A stretch of 64,000 bases of DNA, from contig JBFLYH010000002.1 of assembly GCA_040756875.1 (NCBI GenBank), positions 286,526-350,525 of the forward strand. Direction: 5' to 3'. The position numbers were made by a program, and so were the translations under genes. Below, one piece after another: positions 16,898-28,275 of the stretch. Position 1 is the stretch's first letter; the number at the start of each line of letters is the position of its first letter. This DNA comes from a candidate division FCPU426 bacterium (GTDB lineage: Bacteria > Oederibacteriota > JAAXVQ01 > JAUVAV01). The notes beneath the pieces are model-generated. The model ran no database searches. It worked only from the letters and a program-made list of their open reading frames with translations, and was not told where the DNA came from.

Positions 16898-18619
16898 ATG
16901 CCTCTGACCAATCAGGAAATCGCCGAGCGCTTCGAACGGACGGCCGTGCTGCTGGAACTGCAGGACGCCAACCCTTTCCGCATCCGCGCCTACCAGTCCG
17001 CGGCGCAAACCATCGCCAACCTGCCGCACAACCTGGCGGAACTGGCCGAAGCCGCGGACGGTTTGCAGGGGCTGCCGGGCATCGGCGCGGACCTGGCTGA
17101 TAAAATACGCGAGCTCCTCCGCTCCGGCACTTTCGGCCTTTTGGCCGAACTGGAAGCCAAAACGCCGGCTGTGCAGCTGGCCATGCTGAAGCTGCCCGGC
17201 CTGGGCCCCAAGCGCGTGCGTCAGTTGGCCCAGAGCCTGAAGCCGGACAGCCTGGAAGATCTTAAGCGAGCCGCCGAAAACCGCCGCATCCGCGCCCTGC
17301 CCGGATTCGGCCCCAAACTGGAAGAGCAAATTCTCGCCGGCATCGCCCAGCGCGAGGCCAATCCCGAGCGCACGCTCTGGGCCATGGCCGAGCCGGCCGT
17401 GGAAGCACTCCTGGTTTATCTGCGCGCCACCCCGGGGGTGGAGGAAGCGACGGCAGCCGGCAGTTTCAGGCGGCGCAAGGAAACCGTCGGGGATGTGGAC
17501 ATTTTGCTGACGAGCCGCGCCGCCGAGAAGCCGCTGGATTTTTTCGGCCCCTACCCGGACATCGCACGCGTCCAAGCCGAGGGGCCGACCCGCGCCACGG
17601 TCATCCTGCGTTCCGGCCTGCAGGTGGACGTGCGCGCCGTGCCTGCGGAAAGCTACGGCGCGGCCCTCCACTATTTCACCGGTTCGCAGGCGCACAACAT
17701 CGCGGTGCGCAAGCTGGCGCAGAAAAAAGGCTACAAGCTCAACGAATACGGGCTGTTCAAAGGTTCGCGCCGGATCGCCGGCAAGAACGAAGAGGAGATT
17801 TTCCGCCGCCTGGGCCTCGTTTACGTCGAACCCGAACTGCGGGAAGCCTCTGGCGAGCTGGAAGCGGCCGTTTCAGGCAGCCTGCCGCGCCTGGTGAGCC
17901 TGCCGGACCTGCGGGGCGACCTGCACTGCCATACCGACGAAACGGACGGCACGGCCGGTTTGCTGGAAATGGCCGAGGCCGCCCAGGCCTTGGGTTATGC
18001 TTACCTCGGGATCACCGACCATTCCCAGCACGTGACCGTGGCCCGCGGCCTGGACGCCAGGCGCCTGCGGAAGCAACTGGAAGCCATTGACGCGGCCAAT
18101 GCCCGGCTGAAACACTTCACCCTGTTCAAAGGCCTGGAAGTGGACATCCTGGAGGACGGCCGGCTGGACCTGCCGGACGAAGTGCTGGACGACCTGGATT
18201 ACACCGTGGGGTCCGTTCACTTCAAATTCAATCTGCCCGCGGAGCGGCAGACCGAGCGCATCCTGCGCGCCATGGACAACCCGCACTTCACGATCCTCGG
18301 CCACCCGACCGGCCGCCTGCTCAACAACCGCCCGCCCTATCCCCTGGATCTGGAGCGCGTCGTGGCCGGCGCGAAGGAGCGGGGCTGCTTTCTCGAACTC
18401 AATTCCCATCCCGAACGCCTGGACCTGAACGACGTCCACTGCCGCCTGGCCAAGGAGGCGGAGGTGCGAGTAGCCGTGTCCTCGGACGCGCACAGCCCGG
18501 TCGGCCTGCGCAGCCTGCGCTTCGGCGTCAACCAGGCGCGCCGCGGCTGGCTGGAGCCGGCGGACGTGCTCAACACCCGCTCCGTGGCCGAGTTGCGGAA
18601 GCTGTTCAGGCGGAAATAA
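16898..18619 (+). CDS. polX: DNA polymerase X with C-terminal PHP domain
   Basis: NPFRIRAY, HhH motifs, GSFRR..ETVGDVD, YFTGS, PHP HCHT..DG / TDHS / SDAH. Confidence 0.95.
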   Translation: MPLTNQEIAERFERTAVLLELQDANPFRIRAYQSAAQTIANLPHNLAELAEAADGLQGLPGIGADLADKIRELLRSGTFGLLAELEAKTPAVQLAMLKLPGLGPKRVRQLAQSLKPDSLEDLKRAAENRRIRALPGFGPKLEEQILAGIAQREANPERTLWAMAEPAVEALLVYLRATPGVEEATAAGSFRRRKETVGDVDILLTSRAAEKPLDFFGPYPDIARVQAEGPTRATVILRSGLQVDVRAVPAESYGAALHYFTGSQAHNIAVRKLAQKKGYKLNEYGLFKGSRRIAGKNEEEIFRRLGLVYVEPELREASGELEAAVSGSLPRLVSLPDLRGDLHCHTDETDGTAGLLEMAEAAQALGYAYLGITDHSQHVTVARGLDARRLRKQLEAIDAANARLKHFTLFKGLEVDILEDGRLDLPDEVLDDLDYTVGSVHFKFNLPAERQTERILRAMDNPHFTILGHPTGRLLNNRPPYPLDLERVVAGAKERGCFLELNSHPERLDLNDVHCRLAKEAEVRVAVSSDAHSPVGLRSLRFGVNQARRGWLEPADVLNTRSVAELRKLFRRK

Positions 18620-18770
18620 TCCCCACCCTCCCCTTTGTCCCCTCCCCTCAAGGGAGGGGTATGTTTTTTGGGAGAGGGTATGGGAGAGGGTGGAATCTTC
18701 ACGGCAAGCAGAGAAATCCGGCGAGGAAATTCCCTCTTTAAAAACAACTGGCAGGTTCAATCTCTCCGCA

Positions 18771-18852
18771 GGAATCCCCGGGCTTCACCCCGGGGAGAGG
18801 ATTTGCAGGATTGTATTGCGGAGGGAGGGAGCCCCGGACTTCAGTCCGGGGG
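18771..18852. repeat. Two IS200/IS605-end-like hairpins
   Basis: GAATCCCCGGG-CTTCAC-CCCGGGGA and GCCCCGGACT-TC-AGTCCGGGG between convergent genes. Confidence 0.5.
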
Positions 18853-18862
18853 GGCACTCCAC

Positions 18863-19374
18863 TTACCTCGGCAGGCGTTTGACCATGAAAGTTTCATTGT
18901 ACTGCTGGGGGAGGGTGGTGTACTGCACGATGTCCATGCACTGGCGCATCAGGTAGCGGCCCATGCCGCGCCGCAGATGGTTGCGCATGACTTTGCGGAT
19001 CGCGGCGAAGGACACGGGTTTGGCGTTGTAGCCTTTCCCGTAATCGCGGACCGACACGGAAAATCGCCGCGGCTCCCGCCAGGCCTTGACCTGCACCAGG
19101 CCGTCTTCCCGGTCCGGATAGGCGTGTTCCACGGCGTTGGCGACCGCCTCGTCCACAGCCAGTTCGATTTTGTCCACGATCAAGGACGGAAGCTTGCAGG
19201 TCTTGGTGAAGCGGCGGATGGCTTGGCGCACCAGGGCCAGTTTGGGCAGGGTGCTGGGCAGGTCGATCTTCAGTTCCCGGCCCGGCTCCAGCTTCACTTT
19301 CAGGGCTTTGACCGACAGCCTGCGCAGGGCGGTGTAATCCGGCCCTTCCGGAGCAGGCGGGGTGGGGCGCGCCT

Positions 19375-19378
<4 letters not shown>
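18863..19378 (-). CDS. RsbW/SpoIIAB-like anti-sigma factor kinase (HATPase)
   Basis: ELAVDEAVANAVEHAY, DYGKG, GMGRYLM. Confidence 0.85.
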
Positions 19379-21620
<2,242 letters not shown>

Positions 21621-21624
<4 letters not shown>

Positions 21625-21911
21625 GCCTTGGGGTCCGCCTTGCGGGTGATTTCCTTCAGTTCGCGCCCCGGCCGGAAGAACACGCGCCGCAGCGCCGGCA
21701 CGGCCACGGGTTTGCCGGTTTTGACCACCCGGCCCACGCTGGGTTTGCGGCGGCGGGTGCCGAAGGTGCCCAGCCCCCGCAGTTCCACGCGCCGTCCGCG
21801 CACCAGTTCCGCGGCCAGGGCGTTGAGAATGTGGTCCACCAGGATCTGCGATTCCCGCAGCGTGAAGCCGAACTCGCGGGACAAATGTTTGGCCAGTTGG
21901 TTTTTATTCAC
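21621..21911 (-). CDS. HU/IHF-family DNA-binding protein
   Basis: VELRGLGTF...GRVVKTG...VFFRPG; GTG start with GGAGG. Confidence 0.9.
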
Positions 21912-22050
21912 GCGTTCCTGCCTCCGGGTGCCCATACGGCGTTCCGAATTTCCCCGCCGCCAACCCTTCTCGAACACCCTTTGATTATGAAAACATCGCC
22001 CTCCCCCGCCCGGGGGAAGGGAATTGCTTTCTTATGGCTGCTTTCAACGG

Positions 22051-22992
22051 TTACATTTTAATGACTTTCGACCATTTTGTCCAGAAGTGCCGCGCCCGCC
22101 GCCTGTCCTTCGCCACCTGGCGGAGCAATGCCGCCGCGTCCGAAAAGCGCCGGTCGCCGCGCAGGCGGTGGTAAAAGTGGATGGCCAGCCTGCGGCCGTA
22201 GAGCGACCGGCTCCACCCGGGGATGTTGATCTCGATGGTCTGCGGGCCCCAGGGGTGGAAGGTGGGGCGCCGTCCGATATAGCACAAGCCCATACGCAGG
22301 CGGCCGGCCAGCCGCAGGCCCGTAAGGTAGATGCCGGGCGGAGGCACCAGTTCGTGCAGGGAACGCAGGTTGGCCGTAGGCAGCCCGAGGGTCCGGCCGC
22401 GGCCCTCGCCGCGCACCACCCGGCCGTGCAGGGTATACGGCCAGCCCAGCCATTGCCAGGCTTCGCGCATGCGCCCCTGCGCCACCTGTTCGCGCAGGCC
22501 GCTGGAACTGACCACGCGCCCCCGGCGCCGCAACGGCGGCACCACAGTGACGCCAAATCCCAGGCTGCGCCCCAGCTGCCGCAGCAAGGCCGTGCCTCCG
22601 CGGCCGCCCCGGCCGAAAACGAAATCCTGCCCCACCACCACGTGCCGCACGCCCAACCGGCGCACGAGCACGCGCCGGACGAAAGCTTCAGCCGGCGTGC
22701 CGGCCAGGCCCTTGTCAAAGCGGATCAGGAACACCTCGTCCATGCCCAGGCATCGGAAGCGCTCCAGGCACTGTTGCGGGGTGGCCAGGCGGGGCGGACG
22801 CTGCGAGGGAGCCAGCGTGCCGTGCGGGTGGTCGTCGAAAGTCACCACCCCTGCCCGCACGCCCAGCACTTGGGCGCGCTGCCGCAGGCGGCGCAGCAGG
22901 CGGACATGGCCGCGGTGCACGCCGTCAAACACGCCCAAGGTCAGCGCGCGCCCGGGCCCGGGTTGTTTCGGCCATCCGCGATGGACCTTCAT
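22051..22992 (-). CDS. ribF: Bifunctional riboflavin kinase / FAD synthetase
   Basis: GVFDGVHRGH, GQDFVFG, GRTLGLPTAN. Confidence 0.93.
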   Translation of the reverse strand: MKVHRGWPKQPGPGRALTLGVFDGVHRGHVRLLRRLRQRAQVLGVRAGVVTFDDHPHGTLAPSQRPPRLATPQQCLERFRCLGMDEVFLIRFDKGLAGTPAEAFVRRVLVRRLGVRHVVVGQDFVFGRGGRGGTALLRQLGRSLGFGVTVVPPLRRRGRVVSSSGLREQVAQGRMREAWQWLGWPYTLHGRVVRGEGRGRTLGLPTANLRSLHELVPPPGIYLTGLRLAGRLRMGLCYIGRRPTFHPWGPQTIEINIPGWSRSLYGRRLAIHFYHRLRGDRRFSDAAALLRQVAKDRRRARHFWTKWSKVIKM

Positions 22993-23044
22993 TCGCCCTC
23001 CCAACCTTTCAACACCTTCATGAGCCACAGATACGCACAGAAAA

Positions 23045-23139
23045 AGCGGATCACGAAGAACACGAAGGAATAATGAAGAACACGAAAAATACGGACCTGG
23101 GTTGAAGCATTTACCCCTAATTCCCCTTCGTGGTCCGCT
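23045..23139. repeat. Palindromic CACGAAG-family repeat (degenerate copy)
   Basis: AGCGGATCACGAAG...GGGTTGAAGCATTTACCCC...CTTCGTGGTCCGCT; related to copies at 39186 and 42584. Confidence 0.6.
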
Positions 23140-23149
23140 TTGTTTCTTT

Positions 23150-24040
23150 TTATCCTGCCGGGCTGGCCAGCACCCGCGCCATGAGCAGTTGCCCGTCCGC
23201 CGGCCGCGCCACGGCCAGCAGCCGGCCGGCCTGGTCCAGCACGCGCACCGGCCCGTTTTCCGCCACGAGGGAATCCGGCGCAGGCAAGGGACGGCCGTGC
23301 GCCACCGCAGCACACCCGGCTTCGTCCACGGTCACGGACGGAAGGTGGGCCAAAGCCTGGGCCGGTTCCACCGCGTACCGCCGCCAGTTCCCGGCCGCGG
23401 CCGCGATCTGGAAAGCGTCCCAATCCGCGGCTTGCTCCCAGGTAAACCCATTGCAGGCCGTTCGGGTCAGGCGCAGAAGATGGGCCCCGCAGCCCCAGAC
23501 CATGCCCAGTTCGGCGGCCAGGGAGCGGATATACGTGCCGGTCGAACAGTGCACTTCCAGGCTGGCATCCGGCGGCTGCCACTCCAGCAGGCGCAGGCGA
23601 TGAATCTGCACGCGGCGCGGAGGCCTGAGCACGGACTCCCCGCGCCTCGCGATTTCGTACAAACGTTCACCCTTGTGGCGGCGGGCGGACACCATGGGCG
23701 GGATTTGCAATTGCGGCCCTTCCCACTGGGCCAGCGTGGCCGTGATTTGTTCCACGTTCAAGGACGGCACCCCGGCCGCAGTCAGCGTTTCGCCGCAAGC
23801 ATCGCCCGTGCTGGTGGTTGCGCCCAAACGGATGACGGCGCGGTAGGTTTTATCCGGAAGGAGGTAGGGAAAGAGGCCGGTGGCCGACCCGTACGCCATA
23901 ACCAGCACGCCGTCCGCGGCCGGATCCAGGGTGCCGCTGTGCCCGACGCGGCGCTGGCCGATGAGCCGCCGCACGCGCTCCGCTACTGCAGCCGAAGTCG
24001 GTCCTCCGGGTTTGCGCAGCGCGAGCAGGCCCGCGGGCAT
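23150..24040 (-). CDS. truB: tRNA pseudouridine(55) synthase
   Basis: KPGGPTS, GHSGTLDP, GTYIRSL. Confidence 0.95.
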   Translation of the reverse strand: MPAGLLALRKPGGPTSAAVAERVRRLIGQRRVGHSGTLDPAADGVLVMAYGSATGLFPYLLPDKTYRAVIRLGATTSTGDACGETLTAAGVPSLNVEQITATLAQWEGPQLQIPPMVSARRHKGERLYEIARRGESVLRPPRRVQIHRLRLLEWQPPDASLEVHCSTGTYIRSLAAELGMVWGCGAHLLRLTRTACNGFTWEQAADWDAFQIAAAAGNWRRYAVEPAQALAHLPSVTVDEAGCAAVAHGRPLPAPDSLVAENGPVRVLDQAGRLLAVARPADGQLLMARVLASPAG

Positions 24041-24044
24041 GGGA

Positions 24045-25052
24045 TCAGGCCTGGGGACGGATCCGCGCTTCCACGGCGGCCAGCACTTTGGCCTGGACCG
24101 CGTCCATCGGGCCGGGCAGCAGTGCGCCTGCGGCGCGCTGATGCCCTCCACCGCCGAACTCGACGGCGATGATGGACACGTCCACGTTGCCGCGGGACCG
24201 GAAGGATACCTTGATCTTGCCGTTCTCGGTCTCCATGAAGAAGACGGCGACTTCCACGCCGTCCACGGCGCGCACGTAGTTGACGAAATTTTCCGTCTGG
24301 TTCGCCCGGGCGTGCGATTCTTTCAGCATGGCCTGGGTGATGCCGAACCAGCCCACGTCGCGGCGGGTGTTGTACCGCACCCCGCACAGGCTCATGGCCA
24401 GCAGCTTCAGGGCTTCGGCCGGCACGCGTTCGTAGAGCTGCTCGTTCATGTAACCCGGCTGCACGCCCAGTTCCAGCAGCTCCGCGATCACACGGTGGGT
24501 CCGGGGTGTGACGCCCGCGTACTTGAAGTGCCCCGTGTCCGTCGCAATCGCGGTGTAAATGCCGATGGCCATGCGTTGGTCGCGGGCGCAGTCCAGGGCG
24601 CGGACCAGATCCCAGATCTGCTCGCCGGCCGCGGCCGCGGTGGGGTCAACCAGGTTGATGGTGCCGTAACGGGTGTTGTAAACGTGGTGGTCGATGTTGA
24701 TCACGTGCGGCGCGCTCTCAGGAAGGCGCAGCACGCCCCCGGCCCGCTGCACGTCCGGGCATTCCAGCAGAATGGCCACTTCGTGCTTGCGGTCGTACTG
24801 GGAGGTGGCGATAAAGTCCTCGCCGGCCGGCAGAAAATGGTACAGGTCCGGCACCGGATCGGCGTTAACCACCGTCACTTCCTTGCCCATGCTGGTGAGG
24901 GCCAGGTAGAGGGCGGACTCGCACCCCAAACCGTCGCCGTCGGGATTCACGTGCGTGGTCAGCACGAAATCCTTGTGTTTGGCAATGACCTCCAGCGCCC
25001 TCTCGAGTTCGACCTCGTAATTGGGGTCGCGTTCCAGTTTCTGTTCAACCAT
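24045..25052 (-). CDS. nrnA: DHH/DHHA1 oligoribonuclease / pAp phosphatase (NrnA-like)
   Basis: HVNPDGD, IDHH, TDTG, GGGHQRAAG. Confidence 0.88.
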   Translation of the reverse strand: MVEQKLERDPNYEVELERALEVIAKHKDFVLTTHVNPDGDGLGCESALYLALTSMGKEVTVVNADPVPDLYHFLPAGEDFIATSQYDRKHEVAILLECPDVQRAGGVLRLPESAPHVINIDHHVYNTRYGTINLVDPTAAAAGEQIWDLVRALDCARDQRMAIGIYTAIATDTGHFKYAGVTPRTHRVIAELLELGVQPGYMNEQLYERVPAEALKLLAMSLCGVRYNTRRDVGWFGITQAMLKESHARANQTENFVNYVRAVDGVEVAVFFMETENGKIKVSFRSRGNVDVSIIAVEFGGGGHQRAAGALLPGPMDAVQAKVLAAVEARIRPQA

Positions 25053-25057
25053 GCGGT

Positions 25058-25417
25058 TCACTCCTTGGGTTCTGCGGGCGGCGGAGGCGGCGTAAGCTTC
25101 CGCAGCAACTGCTCGGTGCGTTCGGCTTCTTCGTCGACTATAAAATGCAGTTCCGGCAGCACGCGCCATTCCACTCGCCGCCCGAGCTCGTGCCGGATGA
25201 AGCCCGCGGCGTGCGCCAGCCCCTCCTGGGTCTGGCTGCGCTGTTCGCCGCTGTCCAGGGTCAGAAAGTAGACTTTCGCCTCCCGCAGATCCGGCGTGAT
25301 CTGGGCGCGCGTGATCGTGACCCACGACAGGCGCGGGTCGGAGAGCTTGCGCAGGAGGATGTCCGAGATTTCCCGCACCAGCTGCGAGGCCAGGCGGTCA
25401 ATACGTTTGGGTTTCAT
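25058..25417 (-). CDS. rbfA: Ribosome-binding factor A
   Basis: DPRL..VTIT....PDLREAKVY, GFIR, PELHF. Confidence 0.95.
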   Translation of the reverse strand: MKPKRIDRLASQLVREISDILLRKLSDPRLSWVTITRAQITPDLREAKVYFLTLDSGEQRSQTQEGLAHAAGFIRHELGRRVEWRVLPELHFIVDEEAERTEQLLRKLTPPPPPAEPKE

Positions 25418-25507
25418 GGAGCCTCCCGGCGGTCTTGGCCGGGATACCCCCCTTTCAATTCAGATAATCGCCAGTGGCAGGGCGACATCCCCTAGGCCGG
25501 GCGATTC
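25416..25507 (-). ncRNA. Candidate structured RNA/repeat motif, copy A; abuts the rbfA start codon
   Basis: Gapless ~92-nt match to 25969-26060 with compensatory stem changes. Confidence 0.6.
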
Positions 25508-25541
25508 CTTTCATCCGGCAGAGGCTGTTGTCCACGGCATA

Positions 25542-25623
25542 GGGGATGGAGCCTCCCGGCGGTCTTGGCCGGGATACCCCCTTTCGTTTTCATGATACTT
25601 CTGGAGCCAGGCGACATCCCCGA
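25542..25623 (-). ncRNA. Candidate structured RNA/repeat motif, copy B
   Basis: First ~35 nt identical to copy A; carries the GGCGACATCCC box. Confidence 0.55.
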
Positions 25624-25688
25624 AGCAGTCCATCCCTGGCTCTAATGCGAACGGACGGTCGGTCCTGCGAAGGGGATGGGGGGTGCGG

Positions 25689-25970
25689 TCAGCGCAACTC
25701 AAAGGTGTGGTCCACGAGTTCGGCTTCATGGAACAGGTCGAGCAGTTTCAGGGCTTCGTTCAACGTGGCGTTGGCCTCGCGGCTGCTGGTGTTCACGCAG
25801 GCCACCGCGATCCGCGACCGCTGCCAAAGGTCCTGGTGTTCGACCTCGGCCACGGACACGTTGAGCTGCTGTTTCAGGCGCTCCGTGATTTTGCGCAGCA
25901 GCATCCGCTTGTCCTTCAGGCTGTGATTCTCGGGAAAAAACAGTTCACCACTCAACAGGCCGATGACCAT
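25689..25970 (-). CDS. DUF503 (YlxP-like) protein
   Basis: SLKDKR...NVSVAEV...DLWQR; conserved position between infB and rbfA. Confidence 0.9.
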   Translation of the reverse strand: MVIGLLSGELFFPENHSLKDKRMLLRKITERLKQQLNVSVAEVEHQDLWQRSRIAVACVNTSSREANATLNEALKLLDLFHEAELVDHTFELR

Positions 25971-26060
25971 GGAGCCCCCCGGCGGTTTACGCCGGGGTAC
26001 CCCCCTTTCGAGTCAAATCATCTCTGGTGGCAAGGCGACATCCCTTGCGCCGGGCAATTC
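25969..26060 (-). ncRNA. Candidate structured RNA/repeat motif, copy C; abuts the DUF503 start codon
   Basis: Gapless match to copy A. Confidence 0.6.
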
Positions 26061-26112
26061 GTCTTTTTAACAAGCGACCGGTGTCTCCGGCGCAAGGGAT
26101 CATCAGGTCCAC

Positions 26113-28275
26113 TCAGAGCTTCTGCGCCACGGCTTCGAGGACGAACGCTTCGATCACGTCCCCGGGTTCGTACGCTTTGAATCCGCTCACAGACAGCCCG
26201 CATTCCATGCCCGCGGGCACTTCCTTGGCGTCGTCCTTGAACCGTTTCAGGGACTCGATCTTGCCGGTGTGCAGGATCTGGCCGCGGCGCACCACCTTGG
26301 CCTGCGCGCCGCGCGTGATTTTGCCGCTGGTGACCTGCGAGCCCGCGGCCGTGACGCCCGAGGACAGTTTGAACACGTTGCGCACCTCGGCCTGGCCGAT
26401 CGGCACTTCGTGGTAATGGGGCTCCAGCAGGCCCTCCATGGCCGCCTTGACGTCCTCCACCACGTCGTAAATCACCGAATAAATGCGCACGTCCACCTGC
26501 TCGCTCTGAGCGACCTTGTCCACGCCGGCTTCGGCCTTGACGTTGAAGCCGAGCACAATGGCGTTGCTGGCCGTGGCCAGCAGGATGTCGCGCTCCGTGA
26601 TGTTGCCGACCGCGCTGTGAATGCTGGTCAGGCGGACCTTCTCGGTGGACAGGCCCTCCAGGGAGTTGGCCAGCACCTCGGCCGACCCCTGCACGTCCGC
26701 CTTGATGATGATTTTCAGCTCCTTGATGGTGCCTTCCTTGATCTGATCCCTGAGGTTGTCCAGGTTGATTTTATGGCTGTTGCTCAGGTCCTGTTCGCGT
26801 TTGATCATCTGCCGCTTCATGGCGATCTGCCGGGCGAGCTTGTCGCTGGCCAGCACCTGGAACAGGTCGCCGGCCGTGGGCACGCCCGAGAGACCCAACA
26901 CCTCGGCCGGCATGCCCGGCCCGACGGACTTGAGCGCCGCGCCGCGTTCGTTCATCAGCGCCCGCACGCGGCCGAACTGCACGCCGGTCACCACCGGGTC
27001 GCCGACGTTGAGCGTGCCGCGCTGCACCAGCACCGTGGCCACCGGGCCGCGGCCGCGGTCCAGCTTGGCCTCGATCACCGTGCCCTTGGCGTGGGCCTTG
27101 CGGTTGGCTTTGAGTTCGAGCATTTCCGCCTCGAGCAGGATCATTTCCAGCATTTTCTCCAGGCCGATCCGCTTCTTCGCGGAAATTTCCACGAAGATCG
27201 TTTTGCCGCCCCATTCCTCGGAAACCAGGTTGTACTTGGTCAGTTCCTGGCGCACCCGGCTGGGGTCCGCGCCGGGCTTGTCGATTTTATTGACCGCCAC
27301 GATGATCGGCACATTGGCCGCCTTGGCGTGGTCGATGGCTTCAATGGTCTGCGGCTGCACGCCGTCGTCGGCGGCCACCACCAGCACCACCACGTCCGTC
27401 ACCTGGGCGCCGCGGGCGCGCAGGGTGGTGAACGCCTCGTGGCCCGGCGTGTCAAGGAACGTCACATACCCTTTGGGCAGCTTGACCTGGTAGGCGCCGA
27501 TGTGCTGGGTGATGCCGCCCGCCTCGCCGTCCATGACGTTGGTTTCGCGGATGGCGTCCAAGAGCGAGGTCTTGCCGTGGTTGACGTGACCCATGATGGT
27601 CACCACCGGCGGGCGGGGCTGCAAATCCTCGGGTCGGTCCGCGACTTCTTCCTGGGCCAACAGGTCTTCCCCGTATATTTCCTCATATTCGGGCTGATAG
27701 CCGTATTCGGACAAAAGAATTTCGATGGTGTCCTGGTCCAGGCGCTGGTTGATGGTGGCGAACACGCCCAGGCCCATCAATTTTTTAATGACTTCAGCCG
27801 GCTTGACGCCCAGGCGTTCGGCCACTTCGCCCACGTTCACCGTGCTGGGCAGGCGCAGGGGCGGCAGGTCTTCCTTGGCTTTGGGCGGCGCAGCCACGGC
27901 GACCGGCGCTGGTGCCTTGACCGGTTCGGGTTCGGGTTCCGGCTCGTACAGCGGCTCGGGTTCGGGAACATACACGGGTTCGGGACGGCTGGGGGCCGGC
28001 GTTTCGATCGGCGCCGGTTCAACAGCCGCCGGAACCGGCGCGGCCACGGCTTCGGCCGGCCGCGGCGCCATCTGGGTCATGCCCGGAACCATTGCGTCCT
28101 CGGGGATCTCGTCCTCGCCCCAATGGCGCTTGATGTAAGCCACGGTCTCGTCCTCGAGCACGCTCATGTGGCTTTTAACCTGGATGCGCATTTTCTCCAA
28201 TTCGCCCATCAGTTCCTTGGAGGTCAGCTTCAATTCCTTGGCCAATTCGAATACGCGTACTTTTTGGTGCGTCAT
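26113..28275 (-). CDS. infB: Translation initiation factor IF-2
   Basis: IF2-N domains, [28 protein letters not shown]. Confidence 0.97.
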   Translation of the reverse strand: MTHQKVRVFELAKELKLTSKELMGELEKMRIQVKSHMSVLEDETVAYIKRHWGEDEIPEDAMVPGMTQMAPRPAEAVAAPVPAAVEPAPIETPAPSRPEPVYVPEPEPLYEPEPEPEPVKAPAPVAVAAPPKAKEDLPPLRLPSTVNVGEVAERLGVKPAEVIKKLMGLGVFATINQRLDQDTIEILLSEYGYQPEYEEIYGEDLLAQEEVADRPEDLQPRPPVVTIMGHVNHGKTSLLDAIRETNVMDGEAGGITQHIGAYQVKLPKGYVTFLDTPGHEAFTTLRARGAQVTDVVVLVVAADDGVQPQTIEAIDHAKAANVPIIVAVNKIDKPGADPSRVRQELTKYNLVSEEWGGKTIFVEISAKKRIGLEKMLEMILLEAEMLELKANRKAHAKGTVIEAKLDRGRGPVATVLVQRGTLNVGDPVVTGVQFGRVRALMNERGAALKSVGPGMPAEVLGLSGVPTAGDLFQVLASDKLARQIAMKRQMIKREQDLSNSHKINLDNLRDQIKEGTIKELKIIIKADVQGSAEVLANSLEGLSTEKVRLTSIHSAVGNITERDILLATASNAIVLGFNVKAEAGVDKVAQSEQVDVRIYSVIYDVVEDVKAAMEGLLEPHYHEVPIGQAEVRNVFKLSSGVTAAGSQVTSGKITRGAQAKVVRRGQILHTGKIESLKRFKDDAKEVPAGMECGLSVSGFKAYEPGDVIEAFVLEAVAQKL

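Noticed and set aside
25542-25560. Fluoride riboswitch look-alike (GGGGATGGAGCCTCCC, plus strand)
   Set aside because: It is antisense to the operon, lacks the downstream pseudoknot segment, and no fluoride-related gene is nearby.
25296-25926. Plus-strand ORFs containing MEPPGGL peptides
   Set aside because: They arise from the repeat itself; the frame is not preserved in copy B and copy D stops after 6 codons.
25416-26060. CRISPR array or integron cassette array
   Set aside because: Only three long, unevenly spaced copies; no cas or integrase gene; the intervening gene is the core DUF503.
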